Source: Alphaproteobacteria bacterium (GTDB taxonomy: Bacteria; Pseudomonadota; Alphaproteobacteria; Bin95). Taken from it: 64,000 nt of DNA. The DNA lies in assembly GCA_965205265.1 (NCBI GenBank), contig CBDBGH010000003.1, forward strand, positions 3,008,001 through 3,072,000, given 5' to 3'. Made by a program: the position numbers and the translations under genes. The notes beneath the pieces are model-generated. The model was not told where the DNA came from and made no database searches. It worked only from the letters and a program-made list of their open reading frames with translations. Shown here piece by piece: positions 10,138 to 20,705 of this stretch (the stretch's first letter is position 1; each line of letters opens with the position of its first letter).

Positions 10138-12288
10138 ATGCTTCGGCAGTACGAGCTGATCGAACGCATCAGGGCATACGACCCCGATGCCGACGAACTG
10201 CTGATAAACCGCGCTTATGTCTATGCGATGGCCCAGCACGGCCACCAGGTCCGCGCCTCGGGCGACCCCTATTTCTCCCATCCGGTCGAAGTCGCCGGGA
10301 TCCTGGCCGACATCAGGCTCGACAGCGCCTCGATCATCACCGCGCTGCTGCACGACACGGTCGAGGATACCGACGCCACGCTCGCCGACATCCGCCGGAT
10401 GTTCGGCAGCGAGGTGGCCCGCCTCGTGGACGGCGTCACCAAGCTCTCCAAGATCGAGTCCCAGTCCGCGCACACCCGGCAGGCCGAAAACCTGGGCAAG
10501 CTGGTGCTCGCGATGTCGCAGGACATCCGGGTGCTGCTGGTCAAGCTCGCGGACCGGCTGCACAATATGCGCACGCTGCATTTCGTCGCCGGCGAAGAGA
10601 AAAGGCGCCGGATCGCGGCCGAGACGCTGGAAATCTACGTGCCGCTCGCCGAGCGGATCGGGATGCAGGACTGGAAGGAAGACCTGGCGGACCGGGCCTT
10701 CGCCGTACTCCAGCCCGAGACCCACAAGAATATCGCAGAGGGATTCGAGCTGCTCGAACGGGAGGGCGGCGGCCAGGTCGAAGGGATCATGGAAGCGCTG
10801 TCGCAGTCGCTCGAGGAGGCCGGCCTCAAGGCCGAGATCACGGGCCGGCGCAAGCGCCCGCATTCCATCTGGACCAAGATGCAGCGCAAGAAGGCCGTGT
10901 CCCTGGAACAGGTCTCGGACATCATGGCGTTTCGCGTCGTCGTGGACTCGACGATGCATTGCTACGAGGCGCTCGGGCATCTGCACGCCGCCTACCGCGC
11001 GGTGCCGGAGCGGTTCAAGGACTACATCTCGCTTCCCAAGGACAACGGCTACCGCGCCCTGCACACGGTGCTGACCGGCCCCGACGGGCACCCGATCGAG
11101 GTGCAGATCCGCTCTCGCGAGATGCATGAATTCGCCGAAAACGGCGCCGCCGCCCACTGGCTCTACAAGCAGGAAGGCGGCGGCGTGGACGGGCGGCAGT
11201 ATGAGTGGGTGCAGCAGTTCCTCGACATCCTCGAAAGCGCGTCGAGCCCGGAGGAGTTCCTGTCGCACACCAAGATGCAGCTCTTCCCGGACCAGGTGTT
11301 CTGCTTTACGCCCAAGGGCGACCTGAAGGCCCTGCCCGCCGGGGCAACGCTGGTCGATTTCGCCTATGCGATCCACTCCGAGGTCGGCGACCGCTGCGCC
11401 GGCGGCCGGGTCAACGGCCGGCAGGTGCCGCTGCGCACCGAACTCAGCAACGGGGACCGGGTCGAAATCGTCACGGCGAAGAACCTGCGCGTCACCCCGG
11501 AATGGGACCGGTTCGTCGTCACCGGCAAGGCGAAGGCGCATATCCGCCGCCATGAGCGCCTGCAGCGGCGCGAAGAGTTCATCAGGCTCGGCCGCCAGCT
11601 TCTCGATTCCGAGATGCGCGACGCCGGGCACCCCTGGCGCGAGCGCCAGCTTGCGCCCGTTGCGCGCGCCCGCAAGCTGGAGTCGCCCGAGGACCTGCTC
11701 GCCGCAATCGGCGAGGGGCGCGTCGCGACGCGGGATGTCCTGAAGGCGCTTTATCCCGAGGCGCCGGTCGATCCGGACACCGAAACCGTGGTCTCGATCG
11801 AGCGCGCCCGGCGGCGGCGGGAGGGACGCGCCGGGCCGCTGCTGGTCCGCGGCGTGATGCCGGGGCTCGCCACGCATTTCGCCCGCTGCTGCCACCCGAT
11901 TCCGGGCGACCGGATCGTCGGCATCATCACCACGGGCAAGGGCGTGACCGTCCATACCGAGGAATGCCTGACGCTCGAGAGTTTCTCCCACACGCCGGAG
12001 CGCTGGATCGAACTCGCCTGGGAGAACGAACCGGGCGAGGAGCAGCCGCGCCATGTCGGGCGGATGCGCCTGACGGTGGCCAACAAGCCCGGCACGCTGG
12101 CGAATGTGGCGTCGCTGATCGCAAGCAACCGGGCGAACATTTCGAACCTGAAATTCGTCAACCGCCAGACGGATTTCTTCGACATACTGGTCGATGTCGA
12201 GGTCCTCGATACAAGGCAGCTCAACGACATCATGGCCGCGCTGAGCGCCCGGCCCGAGATCGCTTCCGTGAAGCGGGCGAAGCGCTGA
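10138..12288 (+). CDS. spoT: Bifunctional (p)ppGpp synthetase/hydrolase (RelA/SpoT homologue)
   Basis: HD motif LLHDTVED, KLADRLHNMRTL, EVQIR, TGS domain, CCHPIPGD and ACT domain. Confidence 0.96.
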   Translation: MLRQYELIERIRAYDPDADELLINRAYVYAMAQHGHQVRASGDPYFSHPVEVAGILADIRLDSASIITALLHDTVEDTDATLADIRRMFGSEVARLVDGVTKLSKIESQSAHTRQAENLGKLVLAMSQDIRVLLVKLADRLHNMRTLHFVAGEEKRRRIAAETLEIYVPLAERIGMQDWKEDLADRAFAVLQPETHKNIAEGFELLEREGGGQVEGIMEALSQSLEEAGLKAEITGRRKRPHSIWTKMQRKKAVSLEQVSDIMAFRVVVDSTMHCYEALGHLHAAYRAVPERFKDYISLPKDNGYRALHTVLTGPDGHPIEVQIRSREMHEFAENGAAAHWLYKQEGGGVDGRQYEWVQQFLDILESASSPEEFLSHTKMQLFPDQVFCFTPKGDLKALPAGATLVDFAYAIHSEVGDRCAGGRVNGRQVPLRTELSNGDRVEIVTAKNLRVTPEWDRFVVTGKAKAHIRRHERLQRREEFIRLGRQLLDSEMRDAGHPWRERQLAPVARARKLESPEDLLAAIGEGRVATRDVLKALYPEAPVDPDTETVVSIERARRRREGRAGPLLVRGVMPGLATHFARCCHPIPGDRIVGIITTGKGVTVHTEECLTLESFSHTPERWIELAWENEPGEEQPRHVGRMRLTVANKPGTLANVASLIASNRANISNLKFVNRQTDFFDILVDVEVLDTRQLNDIMAALSARPEIASVKRAKR

Positions 12289-12293
12289 CGGCC

Positions 12294-12875
12294 ATGGCGA
12301 TCCTGGGGCGCAAACAACGGCGCGGCCTGCCGTCCCGGATCGGGGCCTGGGTCTGGCCGTCCGGCGGCTGGCGGCGCGCGTCCCGCTATCTCGCCATGCG
12401 CCTCAGCCGCATTCCGGGCACGCCCTATTCGCTCGCCGCGGGCTTCTCCTGGGGCGCGTTCACCTCCTTCCTGCCGTTTCCGGGGCTGCATTTCGTCATG
12501 GCGGCGATCTTCGCGCTCGCGACCCGCGCGAATGTGCTCGCGGCCGCCATCGGCACGGTGGTGGGCAATCCCTGGACCTTCCCCTTCATCTGGGTCGGCA
12601 CCTACGAACTCGGCGCCTGGCTCGGCTTCGGCGCGGAGGGCGTCAATTTCGCCGACACCTGGGGGCGCGCCTTCGAGGCCGGCATTGACGGCCGGTTCGC
12701 CACCTTCCTGGAGACAGCGCAGCCCCTGCTGCTCGCCATGACGGTCGGCGGCGCCGTGCTGGGCGCGGTCGCCTGGGGGGCGTTCTTCATCATGCTGGCG
12801 CCGCTGGTGCGCGCCTATCAGAGGCGAAGGCGCGGCCGCATCGCCCGCGCCCGGGCCGGAGACGTGGAAGCATGA
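12294..12875 (+). CDS. DUF2062-family membrane protein
   Basis: TPYSLAAGF...PFPGLHF...[11 protein letters not shown] pattern; hydrophobic segments. Confidence 0.8.
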   Translation: MAILGRKQRRGLPSRIGAWVWPSGGWRRASRYLAMRLSRIPGTPYSLAAGFSWGAFTSFLPFPGLHFVMAAIFALATRANVLAAAIGTVVGNPWTFPFIWVGTYELGAWLGFGAEGVNFADTWGRAFEAGIDGRFATFLETAQPLLLAMTVGGAVLGAVAWGAFFIMLAPLVRAYQRRRRGRIARARAGDVEA

Positions 12876-13600
12876 CAAACCGACCGAGACTCGGCGTGAA
12901 CGTCGATCATGTCGCGACCGTCCGCAATGCGCGCGGGACAGCATATCCCGACCCGGTGCGCGCGGCGCTGCTCGCCTGCGAAGCGGGCGCGGACGGGATC
13001 ACCGCGCATTTGCGCGAGGACCGCCGCCACATTCGCGACGAGGACATGCGCCGGCTGAAGGAAGCGCTGCCGGCGCCGCTCAACTTCGAGATGGCGCCGA
13101 CCGACGCCATGGTGGAGATCGCCTCGGCCGTCGCGCCTCACGCGGTCTGCCTCGTGCCGGAGCGTCGCGAGGAGCTGACCACCGAAGGCGGCCTCGACGC
13201 GGCGGGCCTCGGCAACCTGCTCGCCGACAAGGTGCGCACGCTCGCGGCGGCGGGCATCCGGGTCTCGCTGTTCATCGAGCCCGATCCGAAGCAGCTTCGC
13301 GCCGCGGTGGCGCTCCGCGCGCCGGTGGTCGAGTTGCACACCGGGCGCTATTGCGAACTGGCGGGGGAGGCGCAGCAGGCGGAGCTGGAGCGCATCCGCT
13401 CGGCCGCGGCGCTGGCGGCGGAGCTCGGCCTCGAATGCCATGCCGGCCACGGCCTGACCTGCGACAATGTCGGCCCCGTCGCGGCGATCCCGACGGTCGC
13501 GGAACTCAATATCGGCCATTTCCTGGTCGGCGAGGCGATCTTCACCGGCCTGGCGGAAGCGGTCCGACAAATGCGGGCGGCCATGGACCGCGCGCGATGA
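12872..13600 (+). CDS. pdxJ: Pyridoxine 5'-phosphate synthase
   Basis: [24 protein letters not shown] and ELNIGHF motifs. Confidence 0.97.
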   Translation: MTNRPRLGVNVDHVATVRNARGTAYPDPVRAALLACEAGADGITAHLREDRRHIRDEDMRRLKEALPAPLNFEMAPTDAMVEIASAVAPHAVCLVPERREELTTEGGLDAAGLGNLLADKVRTLAAAGIRVSLFIEPDPKQLRAAVALRAPVVELHTGRYCELAGEAQQAELERIRSAAALAAELGLECHAGHGLTCDNVGPVAAIPTVAELNIGHFLVGEAIFTGLAEAVRQMRAAMDRAR

Positions 13601-14016
13601 TCGTCGGGCTCGGCAGCGACCTGATCGACATCACGCGGATCGAGCGCACGCTGGAGCGGTTCGGCGAGCGCTTCACCCGGCGCGTGTTCACCGAGGCGGA
13701 GCGCAAGCGGTCCGAGCGCCGGCGGCTGCGCGCGGCAAGCTACGCCCGGCGCTTCGCCGCCAAGGAAGCCTGCTCCAAGGCGCTCGGCACGGGTCTTCGC
13801 CAGGGCGTCTTCTGGCGCGACATGGGCGTGGTCAACCTGCCGGGCGGACGCCCGACGCTCGAATTGACCGGCGGCGCGGCCCGGCGGCTCGCAAGCCTGC
13901 TGCCGCCCGGCACGCGCCCGCGCATCGACCTCACCATCACCGACGAGCCGCCGCTGGCCCATGCGCTGGTCATCATCACCGCAGTGCCGGAAGATGCGGC
14001 GAATGGCTGCGCTTGA
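13597..14016 (+). CDS. acpS: Holo-[acyl-carrier-protein] synthase
   Basis: MIVGLGSDL...[15 protein letters not shown]. Confidence 0.96.
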   Translation: MIVGLGSDLIDITRIERTLERFGERFTRRVFTEAERKRSERRRLRAASYARRFAAKEACSKALGTGLRQGVFWRDMGVVNLPGGRPTLELTGGAARRLASLLPPGTRPRIDLTITDEPPLAHALVIITAVPEDAANGCA

Positions 14017-14100
14017 CAGGCGGCCGCCCGGCGGCGTTCTATCCGGCCCCGGTCCGCGCCGGCGGAAATCCGGCTTTTCCCTGTCCAGGTCGCTGCTCCC

Positions 14101-14826
14101 GTGAAAGAAACCGTCAAGACCATCGTCTATGCCGGTCTGATCGCGCTTGGCATCCGCAGCTTCCTTTTCGAGCCTTTCACCATCCCCTCCGGCTCGATGC
14201 TGCAGACCCTGCTGATCGGGGATTTCCTGTTCGTCTCCAAATATTCCTACGGTTACAGCCGCTACTCCCTGCCCTTCGGCCTGCCGCTGATTCCGGGGCC
14301 GGGCCGGCTGTTCGGGGAAGGGCCGGAGCGCGGCGACGTGGCGGTGTTCAAGAACCCGATGGCGCCGAAGATCGATTTCGTGAAGCGCGTGGTGGGCCTT
14401 CCGGGCGACACGGTCCAGCTGCGCAGCGGGCGCCTGTTCATCAACGGGACGCCGGTGGCGCGCGGCCGCATCGGCCCCGCGAACTACCGCGACAAATACG
14501 GCATCGTGAAGCGGGCGATCCGCTACCGCGAAACCCTGCCGAACGGCCGGACCTACGAGATCCTGGAGGAAAGCGACTCCGGCCCCGCCGACAACACCCC
14601 GGTTTTCGAGGTGCCGGACGGCCACTATTTCGCGCTCGGCGACAATCGCGACAACTCCACCGACAGCCGGTTCCTCAGCCATGTGGGCTACATCCCGGCG
14701 GAGAATTTCGTCGGGCGCGCGGAAATCCTGTTCTTCTCCCTCGACCACGACACCAGCTTCTGGGAGTTCTGGAGATATCCGGGCGGGGTTCGCTGGGAGC
14801 GCATTTTCGACGCGATCGGCCCGTGA
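14101..14826 (+). CDS. lepB: Signal peptidase I
   Basis: IPSGSM, FVKRVVGLPGD and GDNRDNSTDSR motifs. Confidence 0.96.
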   Translation: MKETVKTIVYAGLIALGIRSFLFEPFTIPSGSMLQTLLIGDFLFVSKYSYGYSRYSLPFGLPLIPGPGRLFGEGPERGDVAVFKNPMAPKIDFVKRVVGLPGDTVQLRSGRLFINGTPVARGRIGPANYRDKYGIVKRAIRYRETLPNGRTYEILEESDSGPADNTPVFEVPDGHYFALGDNRDNSTDSRFLSHVGYIPAENFVGRAEILFFSLDHDTSFWEFWRYPGGVRWERIFDAIGP

Positions 14827-15485
14827 ACGCCCGGTTCCGCGCAGCCCTCGGCCACGAATTCGCCGATCCCCGCCTGCTCCGGCAGGCGCTGACCCACCCG
14901 AGCGCGCCGGGGCGCGAGGACGATGCGTTCCAGAGGCTGGAATTCCTGGGCGACCGCGTGCTCGGCCTCATCGTGGCCGAAATGCTGCTCGAACGCTTCC
15001 CGGACGTCGATGAGGGCGGGCTCGGGCGGCGCCTGTCCGTGCTGGTGAGCCGGGAGGCGCTGGTGGAGATTGCCGGGGAAACGGGCCTCGACGAGGCGGT
15101 TGCGCGGGCGCGGGACCCCGGGGCCGGCGGCGGGCGCATGGCGGCAACCGCGGCGGCCGACGCCTGCGAGGCGGTCATTGCCGCGCTTTTCCTCGACGGC
15201 GGGCTCGACGCCGCGCGGCAGTTCATCCGCCGTCACTGGCAGGCGCCGGTCGAGCGCCATGCGGAGGTGGAGCGCGATGCCCGCAGCCGCCTGCAGGAGT
15301 GGAGCCACGCCCGCGCGCTCGGCCAGCCGGTCTATACCGTCTCTGCCCGGCGCGGCCCCGCGCACCGCCCCGAATTCGAGGTCGAGGCCGCGCTTTCCAG
15401 CGGCGAGCGGGCAAGGGGCTCGGGCGGCTCCAAGCGCGCGGCGGCCGCGGCGGCCGCCGCCGCCCTGCTCGAACGGCTGGAATGA
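14823..15485 (+). CDS. rnc: Ribonuclease III
   Basis: QRLEFLGDRVLGL, ADACEA, C-terminal dsRBD (LQEW...GPAHRPEF); lepB-rnc-era order. Confidence 0.95.
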   Translation: MNARFRAALGHEFADPRLLRQALTHPSAPGREDDAFQRLEFLGDRVLGLIVAEMLLERFPDVDEGGLGRRLSVLVSREALVEIAGETGLDEAVARARDPGAGGGRMAATAAADACEAVIAALFLDGGLDAARQFIRRHWQAPVERHAEVERDARSRLQEWSHARALGQPVYTVSARRGPAHRPEFEVEAALSSGERARGSGGSKRAAAAAAAAALLERLE

Positions 15486-16378
15486 CCGCGCGCCGGGCCG
15501 GTTTCGTCGCTCTGCTCGGCGCGCCCAATGCCGGCAAGTCCACCCTGCTCAACCGGCTGGTCGGCGCGAAGGTCTCCATCGTCACGCCCAAGGCGCAGAC
15601 CACGCGCTCGCGCATTCTCGGCATCCGCAACCATGGCGCGGCCCAGGCCGTGTTCGTCGATACGCCCGGCATATTCGAGCCGCGCCGGCGGCTGGAGCGC
15701 GCGATGGTGCGCCGGGCCTGGCGCGCCGCGGGCGATGCCGACATGACCGTGCTGCTCGTCGATGCCGCGCGCCGGGCGGGCGCCCGCGAGGAGGCTATCG
15801 TCAGCAGCCTCAAGGCGGGCGGCAGGCAGGCGGTGCTGGCGCTCAACAAGATCGACCTGATCGCGCGCGAGCGGCTGCTGGCGCGCGCCGACCGGCTTTA
15901 CGGCACGGGCTGCTTCAGCGATGTCTTCATGGTCTCGGCGCTGACCGGCGACGGCGTGGACGACCTGCTGGAGCATCTGGCGGCGCGCCTGCCGGAAGGC
16001 CCTTGGCTCTATCCCGAGGACGACCTCTCCGATGTGCCGCTGCGCTTCCTCGCCGCTGAGATCACGCGCGAGAAGCTGTTCCTGCGCCTGCATGACGAGA
16101 TTCCCTACGACGTCGCGACGGAAACGGCGGACTGGCAGGAGTTCGACAATGGCGGCGTGCGCATCGACCAGACGGTCTATGTGCGCCGGACGAGCCAGCG
16201 CGCGATCGTGCTCGGCAAGGGCGGCGCGCGCATCAAGGCCGTCCGCGAGGCCGCGCAGGCGGAGCTGGCCGACGCGCTCGACCGGCCGGTCCACCTGTTC
16301 CTGACGGTAAGGGTGCGCGAGGGCTGGCCCGACGACCCCGAGCGCTTCCGCGACCTCGGCCTCGACTACAATGTCTGA
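15482..16378 (+). CDS. era: GTPase Era
   Basis: GAPNAGKST, DTPG, NKID and KH domain. Confidence 0.97.
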   Translation: MTARRAGFVALLGAPNAGKSTLLNRLVGAKVSIVTPKAQTTRSRILGIRNHGAAQAVFVDTPGIFEPRRRLERAMVRRAWRAAGDADMTVLLVDAARRAGAREEAIVSSLKAGGRQAVLALNKIDLIARERLLARADRLYGTGCFSDVFMVSALTGDGVDDLLEHLAARLPEGPWLYPEDDLSDVPLRFLAAEITREKLFLRLHDEIPYDVATETADWQEFDNGGVRIDQTVYVRRTSQRAIVLGKGGARIKAVREAAQAELADALDRPVHLFLTVRVREGWPDDPERFRDLGLDYNV

Positions 16379-16524
16379 ACCGGACGGCGGGAGCCGTTCG
16401 GGACTTCCGCATGCAATCCCCGATGCATTAATATCAAAACCGGACCGGCCGCCGGGGCCGGTCGCCTGCCCGTCCGCATCGGGCGCGGCTTGAGGACTCC
16501 CGAACTCGCACCGGAGGGAACATC

Positions 16525-16806
16525 ATGGCCAGATTCGTCATGCTCGGAAAATACACGCAGGGGTCGATGGAGGGGATCAGCGCGTCGCGCACCGACCGGG
16601 CGGCGGAGGCGGTCCGCGAGAGCGGCGGCGAGGTGATCGGCATATACGCGCTGCTCGGGGCCTACGACCTCATCCTCCTGGTGGACCTGCCGGATGTCGA
16701 GACCGCGATGCAGGTCTCGCTGAAACTGACCCGGCTGACCGGGGTCGGGTTCCTGACCTCGCCCGCCGTCGATGTGGAGACATTCGACGCCCTCGCTTCG
16801 GACTAG
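16525..16806 (+). CDS. GYD-domain small protein
   Basis: LGAYD motif, ~93 aa ferredoxin-like pattern; GGAGG upstream. Confidence 0.8.
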   Translation: MARFVMLGKYTQGSMEGISASRTDRAAEAVRESGGEVIGIYALLGAYDLILLVDLPDVETAMQVSLKLTRLTGVGFLTSPAVDVETFDALASD

Positions 16807-16839
16807 GGTGCGGCCCGCCGCGCAGGCGGAGGCCTGTCT

Positions 16840-19692
16840 TTGCCGGAGGTTGCGGTGACGCCGGGGGCGTTCATCGCCAAGTGGCGCGCGTCGGCGCTGA
16901 AGGAGCGCTCGGCCGCGCAGGAGCATTTCATCGACCTCTGCCGGCTGCTGGGCGAGCCGACGCCGGCCGAAGCGGACCCTGCCGGGGCGCATTACTGCTT
17001 CGAGCGCGGCGCGCGCAAGGACACCGGCGGCGAGGGCTGGGCGGATGTGTGGAAGCGCGGCTGCTTCGCCTGGGAATACAAGGGCAAGCACGCGGACCTC
17101 GACGCGGCTTTCGACCAGCTCCGGCAATATGCGCTGGCGCTGGAGAACCCGCCGCTGCTGGTCGTCTCCGACATGGCGCGCTTCCGCATCCGCACCGCCT
17201 GGACCAACAGCGTGAGCGAGACGCACGAATTCGCGCTGGAGGACCTTGCCGACGCCGCGTGGCGCGACAGGCTGAAATGGGCGATGTCGGACCCGGAGCG
17301 CCTCAGGCCGGGGACAAGCCGGCAGGCGCTGACCGAGCGCGCGGCGGCCGCCTTCGCGGCGCTGGCGGCGCGCCTCAGGGCGCAGGGCCATGACCCGCAG
17401 GCGGTGGCCCATTTCGTCAACCGGCTGGTGTTCTGCATGTTCGCCGAGGATGCGGGCCTGCTGCCGGACAGCATGTTCACGCGGATGCTGGAGCATGCGC
17501 GGCGGCGGCCGGAGGAGTTCCGCGACCTTGCGCGGGACCTGTTCGGCGCGATGGCGGCCGGCGGGCGCGTCGGCTTCGAGGCGGTGGCGCGGTTCAATGG
17601 CGGGCTGTTCGACGACGATGCCGCCCTGCCGCTCGACCGGGCGGGAATAGAGACGGCGCTGGAGGCGGCGGCGCTCGACTGGTCGGAGATCGACCCTTCC
17701 ATCCTCGGCACGCTGTTCGAACGCGGGCTGGACCCGGACAAGCGCTCGCAGCTCGGCGCACATTACACGGACCGCGACAAGATCATGGCCATTGTGGAGC
17801 CGGTGGTCGTCCGCCCGCTGCTGGCCGAATGGGAGGCGGCGAAGGCGGAGGTGGCGGCGGCGCTGGACCGCGCGGCGGCCGCCCGCTCCGCGCGGACGCG
17901 CAACCGGGAACGCGGCCGGGCGGAGCGGTCGTTCGGGGCGTTCCTGGCGCGGCTCAGGGCGTTCACTGTGCTCGACCCGGCCTGCGGCTCCGGCAATTTC
18001 CTCTATCTGGCGCTGCACGCGCTCAAGGACATCGAGCACCGCGTGCAGCTGGAGGCGGAGGCGCTGGGCCTCCAGCGCGGCTTCCCGGAAATCGGCCCGG
18101 CGAGCGTGAAGGGCATCGAGGTCAACGCTTACGCGGCGGAACTGGCGCGCGTCTCGGTCTGGATCGGGGAAATCCAGTGGATGCGCCGCAACGGCTTCGC
18201 CGTGTCGCTCGACCCCGTGCTGAAGCCGCTGGAAACCGTCGAATGCCGCGACGCCATCCTCGCGCCCGACGGCTCCGAGCCGGACTGGCCGGAAGCCGAT
18301 GTCGTGATCGGCAACCCGCCGTTTCTGGGCGACCGCGTCATGCGGGACGGGCTCGGCCACGAATACACGGAGCGTTTGCGCCGCAGATACCGGGGCAAGG
18401 TGCCGGCGTCGGGCGATCTTGTCTGCTACTGGTTTCACAAGGCGGGCCAACTGGTCGCGGAAGGCAGGCTCGTCCGCGCCGGCCTTGTCGCGACGAATTC
18501 GATCCGGGGCGGAAACAACCGGAAGGTCCTCGACCGGATTGTCGATGGAGGCTCCATTTTCGACGCTCGGCCCGACGAACCCTGGGTGATCGACGGCGCG
18601 GCCGTGCGGGTGTCGCTGGTCTGCTTCGCGGCGAAGGACGCCGGCCTTCCGGTTTTCCTGAATGGGGAGAAAACGGCGCATATCCACGCCGACCTTACGG
18701 CAGGCGGCATCGACCTGACGCGGGCGGTACGACTGAACCGGAACCGGGCGGTCGCTTTCCTGGGCGTTTACAAGAACGGTCCGTTCGACATGCCGGGCGA
18801 CTTGGCGCGAGAGTGGCTGAGCCTCCCGGCGAACCCGAACGGGCGGCCCAATGCCGATGTTCTCAAGCCGAGGTTCAATGGCATGGACCTGACTCGCCGC
18901 CCGGCGGGCAACTGGATTGTGGATTTCGGCGAAGACATGGGTGAAGCCGATGCGGCGCTCTACGAAGCTCCGTTCGCCCATGTCGTGGAACATGTGAAGC
19001 CGGTGCGCCTCCGCAGACGGCGGGAGAGGCATCGCAAATACTGGTGGCGGCACGGCGAAACCCGTCCGGGCATGTGGCGGGCGCTTGAGGGCCTGCCGCG
19101 CTTCATCGCCACCCCGACGGTTTCCAAGCACCGGTTGTTCGTCTGGCTGGATGCAGGCGTCTGCCCCGACCATCAGCTTATCGTCATCGCCCGCGACGAC
19201 GACACGGCTTTCGGCATCCTGCACAGCCGCTTCCACGAGGCATGGTCGCTTCGGCTCGGCACCAGCCTCGAAGACCGCCCGCGCTATACGCCGACCACGA
19301 CCTTCGAGACCTTCCCCTTCCCGGAGGGCCTTTCGCCGGACATTCCCGCCGCCGAATACGCCGAAGACCCGCGCGCCCAAGCCATCGCCGAAGCCGCCCG
19401 CCGCCTCGTCGAACTGCGCGACCGCTGGCTCAACCCTCCCGAATGGGTCGAATGGCTGGAGGAGCCCGCCCCCGGCTACCCGCCCCGCCCCGTCCCCCGC
19501 AACGAGGAAGCGGCAAAGGAACTCCGCAAGCGCACCCTCACAAACCTCTACAACGCCCGCCCCCAATGGCTCGCCGACGCCCACACCGCACTGGACGCCG
19601 CCGTTGCTGCGGCCTATGGCTGGGATGCGAACATTGAGGAGGAGGAGGCGCTGGGGGAATTGCTGGCGTTGAACTTGTCCATGAGTGCTTGA
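16840..19692 (+). CDS. MmeI-like type IIL/IIG restriction-modification enzyme (nuclease + N6-adenine MTase + TRD)
   Basis: N-terminal ADVWKRGCFAWEYK (PD-D/ExK-like), GAHYT, LDPACGSGNF, GNPPF, RYTPTTTFETFPFP, LTNLYN...AHTALDAAVAAAYG. Confidence 0.9.
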   Translation: MPEVAVTPGAFIAKWRASALKERSAAQEHFIDLCRLLGEPTPAEADPAGAHYCFERGARKDTGGEGWADVWKRGCFAWEYKGKHADLDAAFDQLRQYALALENPPLLVVSDMARFRIRTAWTNSVSETHEFALEDLADAAWRDRLKWAMSDPERLRPGTSRQALTERAAAAFAALAARLRAQGHDPQAVAHFVNRLVFCMFAEDAGLLPDSMFTRMLEHARRRPEEFRDLARDLFGAMAAGGRVGFEAVARFNGGLFDDDAALPLDRAGIETALEAAALDWSEIDPSILGTLFERGLDPDKRSQLGAHYTDRDKIMAIVEPVVVRPLLAEWEAAKAEVAAALDRAAAARSARTRNRERGRAERSFGAFLARLRAFTVLDPACGSGNFLYLALHALKDIEHRVQLEAEALGLQRGFPEIGPASVKGIEVNAYAAELARVSVWIGEIQWMRRNGFAVSLDPVLKPLETVECRDAILAPDGSEPDWPEADVVIGNPPFLGDRVMRDGLGHEYTERLRRRYRGKVPASGDLVCYWFHKAGQLVAEGRLVRAGLVATNSIRGGNNRKVLDRIVDGGSIFDARPDEPWVIDGAAVRVSLVCFAAKDAGLPVFLNGEKTAHIHADLTAGGIDLTRAVRLNRNRAVAFLGVYKNGPFDMPGDLAREWLSLPANPNGRPNADVLKPRFNGMDLTRRPAGNWIVDFGEDMGEADAALYEAPFAHVVEHVKPVRLRRRRERHRKYWWRHGETRPGMWRALEGLPRFIATPTVSKHRLFVWLDAGVCPDHQLIVIARDDDTAFGILHSRFHEAWSLRLGTSLEDRPRYTPTTTFETFPFPEGLSPDIPAAEYAEDPRAQAIAEAARRLVELRDRWLNPPEWVEWLEEPAPGYPPRPVPRNEEAAKELRKRTLTNLYNARPQWLADAHTALDAAVAAAYGWDANIEEEEALGELLALNLSMSA

Positions 19693-19739
19693 TTAGGGCG
19701 CTTGCATCGACAATAACGGAAGTCGTAGGAAGAATAGTA

Positions 19740-20633
19740 ATGTCAACTCCCAAACGTCATCATACTACCCCGATTATGTTGATAAAGAACTTCGTCGATT
19801 CGGACGGGTTTCTCCATGTCGGGTGGCCCAATCATATTGACCGAAGCGTTGTGCCAATGAAGCCCAGTCAAGCTTTGGTGAGAACGCACTTTCATACCCT
19901 TACGAAGCGAGATGGATCTCGCGACACATATGTCGAAGCGCGGCTCTCCGATCAGGAAAGTCTATGGAGTCCGATTGTGGATAAAATCATTGGACAAATA
20001 GATGCAAGCCAAGACCGATCTGGACAACATATATCACTGGAACGAGATGAAATAAAACTAATGAAGCAGCTTGTATTTATACAATTTTGGAGATCTTCAG
20101 ATAACTACAAAGACGAGAAAATGGGCGAATTATTGAAAGATGCGTTGTCTTTGTTTGAAACAGAGTTCGGTATATCCGTGTCAAGATTAGCTAAATTAAA
20201 CCCTAAACAAAAGCTGTCTGACGAGGATTTATCGAGAATCAAGGATAATTCCAGGGTATCGGCAATTAATAGTGCTTTGGACGGTGAACCTTCTTCCTTG
20301 AAAATGGTTATGGGCAAGAATCTTGCTGTATGCGTGATTCGAAATCCCAACAAAAGCTTCATATCTGGCAGTAGCCCTGTAGCGAATAATTCGACTGAAC
20401 AAAAGCCACTATACCATCCGGAATCGTGCTTATTTTTGCCGATTGCGAGTCATGTTGCGCTACAGCTCATGAACACTGAAGCTATAGAACCAACCATGCG
20501 TGATGGTGCCGTTGTATATCCTCCCAATAATCAATGGATTCGTTTTTTAAATTTAAGTATTGCTCGCCAAAGCGAAACAATTGTGGGGCGGAGCGGACAA
20601 TTGATCGAGTCTCTTTGCCGAGACAGGAGATGA
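19740..20633 (+). CDS. DUF4238-like hypothetical protein (low GC)
   Basis: N-terminal KRHHTTPIMLIKNF, VEARLSDQES, FISGSSPV...FLPIA pattern; markedly AT-richer than flanks. Confidence 0.7.
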   Translation: MSTPKRHHTTPIMLIKNFVDSDGFLHVGWPNHIDRSVVPMKPSQALVRTHFHTLTKRDGSRDTYVEARLSDQESLWSPIVDKIIGQIDASQDRSGQHISLERDEIKLMKQLVFIQFWRSSDNYKDEKMGELLKDALSLFETEFGISVSRLAKLNPKQKLSDEDLSRIKDNSRVSAINSALDGEPSSLKMVMGKNLAVCVIRNPNKSFISGSSPVANNSTEQKPLYHPESCLFLPIASHVALQLMNTEAIEPTMRDGAVVYPPNNQWIRFLNLSIARQSETIVGRSGQLIESLCRDRR

Positions 20634-20705
20634 CAGACGGTTTAACTGTATCGGTAATCCAGGGTTTTGGAGGAGGCGAAGCGGCGCGACGAAGACGTTT
20701 GAATT

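Noticed and set aside
16366-19584. 1072-aa minus-strand ORF, and similar long ORFs such as 45852-49052 and 9850-12054
   Set aside because: Antisense shadows of real high-GC genes, with no motifs.
20630-20705. Gene interrupted by IS1634
   Set aside because: Rejoining the flanks gives no convincing ORF; the insertion looks intergenic.
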